DNA of 63,804 nt, filler included, from a bacterium (GTDB lineage: Bacteria; JBBIVP01), in NCBI GenBank assembly GCA_037439705.1. It is 4 parts of 4 records of this genome, joined end to end, with 100 filler letters (N's around TTAATTAATTAA, not from the genome) between each part and the next. Parts side by side here need not be neighbours in the genome. Positions count along the whole stretch, not along the records: positions 52,519 to 63,804 come from JBBIVP010000052.1; 3 more parts are not named here. The stretch is one strand, 5' to 3'. The notes under the pieces were generated by a model. The model did not search any database. It was not told the DNA's origin and saw only the letters and a program-made list of their open reading frames with translations. Each line of letters starts with the position of its first letter. The first letter of the stretch is position 1. Positions 59,219 to 63,804 of the stretch are shown here, one piece after another. Made by a program: the position numbers and the translations under genes.

Positions 59219-60562
59219 TTGGGACTGAATTTCTCCTCATTACCCCTTGAGGAATCTCTGAAAAAAGTTCTGAAAGAATATGAAGATGGCGATATATTTA
59301 TTGAGCGGAAGGGAGGATTTAGAATAAAATTTGAAAACAAAAAGCCAGAACTAATACTTCAATTAAACGAAGAAGGTTTCGGAATAAGGGGAAGAAAGGA
59401 TAAGGAAATCGCATATTTTTATTCAACAGGAATAATACCCGCTCGCCTTCTGGAAGGCGCAAAAAACCTGAAAGAAGGAAAGATACATGGCTATGATATT
59501 CCTCAGGAGAAACCTTCAGGAAAAGAAAAGGAGTATTCAAGAGAATCTGTCCTGAATGCAATAAGCTCTTCTCTGAAACTTCTTGAAAGGAAGGAAATTC
59601 TTTCATCAACTGTATTTTATGAATTTTTGGAAAGGGAAATAGGAATTTTTACAAAGAGAGGATTGGTGACGGAAATTCAGAGAAGGGGATTCATGTTTTC
59701 AAAAGTTATTGTGTCGAATGGAAAAATTTTTCAGACAGGTTATGAAATTGAGGGAGCCTCCTCGGATGCTCCGTTGAGAGGAATAAATCCGGAAAGGGTT
59801 ATTGAAATTTCCATTGAAAGAGCCCTCACAAATTTTAAAGCTTTACCCCCTCCTCTCGGAAGGATGCCCGTGGTTATAGGAGGTGAAGCGGGTGGAACAA
59901 TGATACATGAAGCTGTAGGACATGGATTTGAAGCAGACCATGTAGTTAAAAAAAGTTCTGTTTATGCTGGAAAAATAGGAGAAATGGTAGCATCTCCTCT
60001 TATAACAGTAGTTGATGACCCGACAATTGAGGGGATGAGGGGAAGTTACTTATATGACGATGAGGGAATGCCCGCCAGAAGGGTTGTTTTAATAGAAAAG
60101 GGGATTTTGAAGGATTACCTCTATGATAGTGCGTGGGCTGGAATGGCTGGAAGGGAAAGCAACGGGCATGGAAGAAGGGAATCCTACAGGTATCTGCCAA
60201 TTCCGAGGATGTCCAATACATTTATAGAAAGGGGAAGCATGAAAAAAGATGAAATTATCAGGGGGGTATGGAAAGGGGTATATGTGAAGAAAATGGGAGG
60301 TGGTGAGGTAAATACTGTAAACGGCAACTTCGTTTTTCATGTCCTTGAGGGCTACAGGATTGAGAACGGAAAAATTGGGGAACCGATTCAGAATTTTTCA
60401 ATCTCAGGAAATGGTCCTGAGGTGTTAAAAATTATAGATGCAGTGGGAAATGACATTGGCTGGTCAGTAGGAAATTGCGGAAAAGCTGGACAACTGGTTC
60501 CTGTATCTGACGGCATGCCAACAATAAGAATACCCGAAATGATTGTTGGGGGGATTGAATAA
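59219..60562 (+). CDS. tldD: TldD-family metalloprotease
   Basis: HEAVGHGFEAD, DDEG, NGHGRR...PRMSNT, GGGEV, CGKAGQ. Confidence 0.9.
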   Translation: MGLNFSSLPLEESLKKVLKEYEDGDIFIERKGGFRIKFENKKPELILQLNEEGFGIRGRKDKEIAYFYSTGIIPARLLEGAKNLKEGKIHGYDIPQEKPSGKEKEYSRESVLNAISSSLKLLERKEILSSTVFYEFLEREIGIFTKRGLVTEIQRRGFMFSKVIVSNGKIFQTGYEIEGASSDAPLRGINPERVIEISIERALTNFKALPPPLGRMPVVIGGEAGGTMIHEAVGHGFEADHVVKKSSVYAGKIGEMVASPLITVVDDPTIEGMRGSYLYDDEGMPARRVVLIEKGILKDYLYDSAWAGMAGRESNGHGRRESYRYLPIPRMSNTFIERGSMKKDEIIRGVWKGVYVKKMGGGEVNTVNGNFVFHVLEGYRIENGKIGEPIQNFSISGNGPEVLKIIDAVGNDIGWSVGNCGKAGQLVPVSDGMPTIRIPEMIVGGIE

Positions 60563-60593
60563 AGGGCAATTTATCAATCCTGCAAAATAAAAA

Positions 60594-62036
60594 TTATTTC
60601 CCCAAAATCATAAATGGAGTGATTGAAAGAAATCTGATGAGGTGGGCAGGATAGAGACCGAAATAGAGGATTTTAATAGAAAGGAGGAGGAGTGAAAATC
60701 TGAGAACCCATCTTTTTTCAATAACTTCATCTTTTGAAGGGGAATAGAAGAAAGAATAGATGAGAATTTTGAGATAATAGTAAAGAGCAACAACCGCACC
60801 CAGTAGAAGTAGTACCACAGGAAGGATGTAACCGGAAGAAAGGGCAGATTTGAGCACATAAAACTTTGCCCAGAAGCCCGCTGTGGGAGGAATTCCTGCT
60901 AAGGAAAAGGCAAAAACGAGGAGCATGAAAGCAATGAACGGGTCTTTTTTGAATAAACCGCTCAAAGAATCTATAGAGGTCCTTTCAGAAGTTTCTGTTG
61001 AAAGGGCTGTTACAATTCCAAAGGCTCCGATGTTCATAAGCGAATAGATGATGATGTAAAAGCTTGCTGATTTTCCGCCATCTGATAGGTCTAACAGAGC
61101 AATCAGTATGAACCCAGCATGCACTATACTTGAGTATCCGAGAAGTCTTTTGAAATCCTCCTGAACTATACCGAGAAGACTTCCCCATATAACGGTCAGG
61201 ATTGAAAAGACATATACGGTCTGCTCCCAGACAGGAGAAAGACTTTGAAAAGCACCGTTGAGAAGCCTCAAAAGAACAGGAAAAGCAGAAGCTTTGACAG
61301 CAACGGACATAAATCCTGCTACAGGAGAGGGCGAACCCTGATAAACATCAGGAGCCCATATATGGAATGGAACGATTGCTATCTTGAAAAAGATGCCACT
61401 TACAAGGAATATATATCCAGCATAGATTAAAAGTGAATTCGGGTTAGATGAAATCCTCGCGGTGATATCTTTAAGAAGAACAAAACCCGTTCCACCAAAG
61501 GTAAATGCAATTCCCATAAGGAAAATAGCAGATGCAAATGAACCGAGGAGGAAATACTTTACACCCGCTTCAAAAGATGCCTCATCGTCCCTCAAAAATC
61601 CAGCAAGGATGTATAAAGGTAAAGATGTGAGTTCCAGCCCTATGAATATGGCAATCAGACTTCCTCCTCCAGCAAGAACGAGCATTCCGGCAGAACTGAA
61701 AAGGAGAAGGGCATAATATTCGGGCTTTCTTTTCAGCCTTCTTTCATATTCAAATCCTGTAAGGACTGTAAATATGAGCGCAACAACCACAGAAACCTGG
61801 GCAGCAAGCGTGAGCCCATCGTGAATGAAAGAATAATTCAATACGGTCAACGGATTTTTTGGAAGGAAGAAGAGCACAAAGAAAGAACCAAGTCCGGAAA
61901 TAAGAGCAACAAACTTTGAAAGGTTTTCAAGAGTTCTTATCCTTGCAAAGAGAAGAATTAGCAAAGAAGATACAGAAAGAATTATAAATGGAATAAGGGG
62001 AAGAAGCGTTTTAACCTCAGAAGTTAATCTGAACAC
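60594..62036 (-). CDS. nuoN: NADH-quinone oxidoreductase subunit N
   Basis: GLELTSLPLY, EAGVKYF, PFHIWAPDVYQG, KRLLGYSSI, SLAGIPPTAGF. Confidence 0.93.
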   Translation of the reverse strand: MFRLTSEVKTLLPLIPFIILSVSSLLILLFARIRTLENLSKFVALISGLGSFFVLFFLPKNPLTVLNYSFIHDGLTLAAQVSVVVALIFTVLTGFEYERRLKRKPEYYALLLFSSAGMLVLAGGGSLIAIFIGLELTSLPLYILAGFLRDDEASFEAGVKYFLLGSFASAIFLMGIAFTFGGTGFVLLKDITARISSNPNSLLIYAGYIFLVSGIFFKIAIVPFHIWAPDVYQGSPSPVAGFMSVAVKASAFPVLLRLLNGAFQSLSPVWEQTVYVFSILTVIWGSLLGIVQEDFKRLLGYSSIVHAGFILIALLDLSDGGKSASFYIIIYSLMNIGAFGIVTALSTETSERTSIDSLSGLFKKDPFIAFMLLVFAFSLAGIPPTAGFWAKFYVLKSALSSGYILPVVLLLLGAVVALYYYLKILIYSFFYSPSKDEVIEKRWVLRFSLLLLSIKILYFGLYPAHLIRFLSITPFMILGK

Positions 62037-62037
62037 C

Positions 62038-63528
62038 TCAAAAACCTCCGTATGGTTTTAATCCTTTAACAACATCAATGAAATTTCTAATTGATGGCTC
62101 TATTTTATCAAGAAATGTTGACGGATAGATTCCTATCCACAGAACGAAGAGGATTATGGAAAGGATTATAAAAATTTCAACAGGATTCAAGTCTTTAAGA
62201 GTTTTGTTCTCTTCAACCGTAATCTCTCCATGGAAAACCTTTTTGTAAGCCCAGAGCATATATCCTGCTGCGAATATCACTCCACTTGCACATATAATTC
62301 CATATACCTGTTTGAATTTTATTGCACCAGTTATAATCAGAAATTCACCTACAAATCCGTTTGTTCCCGGAAGACCTATGGAGGAAAGGGCGATTATAAG
62401 AAAAAGTCCGCCATATACGGGCATTACCTTTCCAAGTCCGCCAAATTCAGAAAACATCCTCGTGTGTCTCCTGTCGTATATCATTCCCACAAGAAAAAAG
62501 AGGGCACCTGTTGAGAGTCCGTGATTTATCATCTGAAGCGTTGCACCTGTCAGGGACTGGAGGTTCATTCCAGAAATGCCAAGCACCACAAAACCCATGT
62601 GACTGACAGATGAGAAGGCAATNNNNNNNNNNGGTTGAACCATCGCAACCAAAGCTCCATAAATGATACCTATAAGGGAAAGGATTGCAATGTAATCAAC
62701 CAAGGAAGTAAATGCGTGAGGAAAGAGGGAGACCGCAAATCTCAGAATTCCGTATGTACCCATCTTCAAAAGAATTGCTGCGAGGACAACACTTCCACCT
62801 GTTGGTGCCTCGGTGTGAGCATCCGGTAGCCATGTGTGAAAAGGAAAAATCGGAACCTTGATTGCAAAGGCAATAAAGAACGCGAGGAAAAGGAGCATTT
62901 CTTCTTTCGGGGTTAATAAAAGTTGATAAAAACTATAGAGTTCAAAGGAATAGAATCCAAACTGCTGGAAGTGTTTTATATAAAGGAATATAATTCCTGC
63001 AAGCATCAAAACGCTTCCGAAAAAGGTGTAGAGGAAAAACTTTATTGTTGCATAAATTCTCCTTTCTCCTCCCCATATTCCTATTATGAGATACATCGGA
63101 ATTAGCGAACCTTCCCAGAAGATGTAAAACAAAAATAGATTAAGCGATGAAAATGTTCCTATCAAAAATGTCTCCATGAGTAAAAACAGTGCTATGTATT
63201 CCTTGAGGTGATTCTTTATTGAGTTTATAGCACCTAAAATAACAAGTGGTGTGAGGAAGGTTGTAAGGAGGATGAGAAGAAGGCTCAGCCCGTCAATACC
63301 GATGTGGAAGGTTATTCCAAGGTCAGAAACCCAGGGAATATTTCTCTCAAACTGAATTCCTTCATGTGGTGAAAATTTTAAAAAAATTGGAATAGAGAGC
63401 GCGAAGACAACAGAAGAAACCAGGATGCCGAGCGCTCTATAGACTCTCTCAAGCCTTGATGGAATCAAAAGAATTATAACGCCTGCAATTGCTGGAAGGA
63501 AAATAATTGTAGCAAGAAGGTCTATCAT
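62038..63528 (-). CDS. nuoM: NADH-quinone oxidoreductase subunit M (contains N10 gap)
   Basis: IDGLS, FYIFWE, PFHTWLPDAHTEAPT, LLKMG, SSVSHMG, GLPGTNGFVGEF. Confidence 0.94.
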   Translation of the reverse strand: MIDLLATIIFLPAIAGVIILLIPSRLERVYRALGILVSSVVFALSIPIFLKFSPHEGIQFERNIPWVSDLGITFHIGIDGLSLLLILLTTFLTPLVILGAINSIKNHLKEYIALFLLMETFLIGTFSSLNLFLFYIFWEGSLIPMYLIIGIWGGERRIYATIKFFLYTFFGSVLMLAGIIFLYIKHFQQFGFYSFELYSFYQLLLTPKEEMLLFLAFFIAFAIKVPIFPFHTWLPDAHTEAPTGGSVVLAAILLKMGTYGILRFAVSLFPHAFTSLVDYIAILSLIGIIYGALVAMVQXXXXIAFSSVSHMGFVVLGISGMNLQSLTGATLQMINHGLSTGALFFLVGMIYDRRHTRMFSEFGGLGKVMPVYGGLFLIIALSSIGLPGTNGFVGEFLIITGAIKFKQVYGIICASGVIFAAGYMLWAYKKVFHGEITVEENKTLKDLNPVEIFIILSIILFVLWIGIYPSTFLDKIEPSIRNFIDVVKGLKPYGGF

Positions 63529-63532
63529 CTCT

Positions 63533-63804
63533 TCACCTCAAAATGAAGTAAAGAATTATAATTGTAAGGACCATAAAAAATCCGTATCTTGCGAACTCTT
63601 TTCCCTGAATCCTTTTTAGAATCCTCCCTGAAAAGTCCATTATTCTCGCTGTCCAGTGGAGTGTGCCATCAATACATGTTTCATCCGTTACATTCTTGAA
63701 GAAATATGTGGAAACGAGAACCAACGGTTTAACTATGAAGAAATCATATATCTCATCCACATAGAATTTGTTGTAAACGAGCGTATAAAGACCTTTGAGT
63801 GCCT
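63533..63804 (-). CDS. nuoL: NADH-quinone oxidoreductase subunit L, C-terminal fragment
   Basis: NKFYVDEIYD...D...IDG...RIQG; directly upstream of nuoM. Confidence 0.85.
   Translation of the reverse strand, partial: ALKGLYTLVYNKFYVDEIYDFFIVKPLVLVSTYFFKNVTDETCIDGTLHWTARIMDFSGRILKRIQGKEFARYGFFMVLTIIILYFILR

Noticed and set aside
1-63804. CRISPR arrays, transposases, prophage genes, rRNA
   Set aside because: No repeat-spacer periodicity or diagnostic motifs seen

Overview
Low-GC bacterial sequence with K/E-rich proteins, probably from a diderm, thermophile-like organism with deltaproteobacterial/Myxococcota-like gene content (inference). The window is four contigs joined by artificial 100-nt linkers (N44-TTAATTAATTAA-N44), so synteny across 17497-17596, 34974-35073 and 52419-52518 has no meaning. 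Contig 1: GAF pseudo-histidine kinase plus receiver, Hsp20, folP-cdaA-cdaR-glmM-pdxJ, era, and an envelope cluster (GT4, NodB deacetylase, flippase-like protein, beta-barrel, ECF sigma, zinc anti-sigma, small acidic secreted protein, FecR/18-aa-repeat fusion, lipoprotein). Contig 2: nine-gene respiratory operon (octaheme c, two NrfC/NrfD pairs, tetraheme lipoprotein, Rieske, divergent cytochrome b, multiheme c), MaoC pair, tRNA-Arg(CCG), fmt and lipid/CoA genes. Contig 3: beta-barrel plus two Ig-like lipoproteins; an unusual HdrD/ferredoxin/mini-AOR/BPL-N/HdrE/HdrD/MSMEG_0568-type radical SAM cluster; serA and an aminotransferase; a large MYXO-CTERM-like surface protein. Contig 4: B12 radical SAM, PhaR-like, NtrC-type regulator, DUF72, M20 peptidase, acpS, tldD and nuoL(part)MN. 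Two window-wide patterns: about eight apparently leaderless genes, and four in-frame stops plus several conserved-site missense changes explainable by G:C>T:A transversions (probably artefact). All family calls come from motif recognition by eye; no searches were run.
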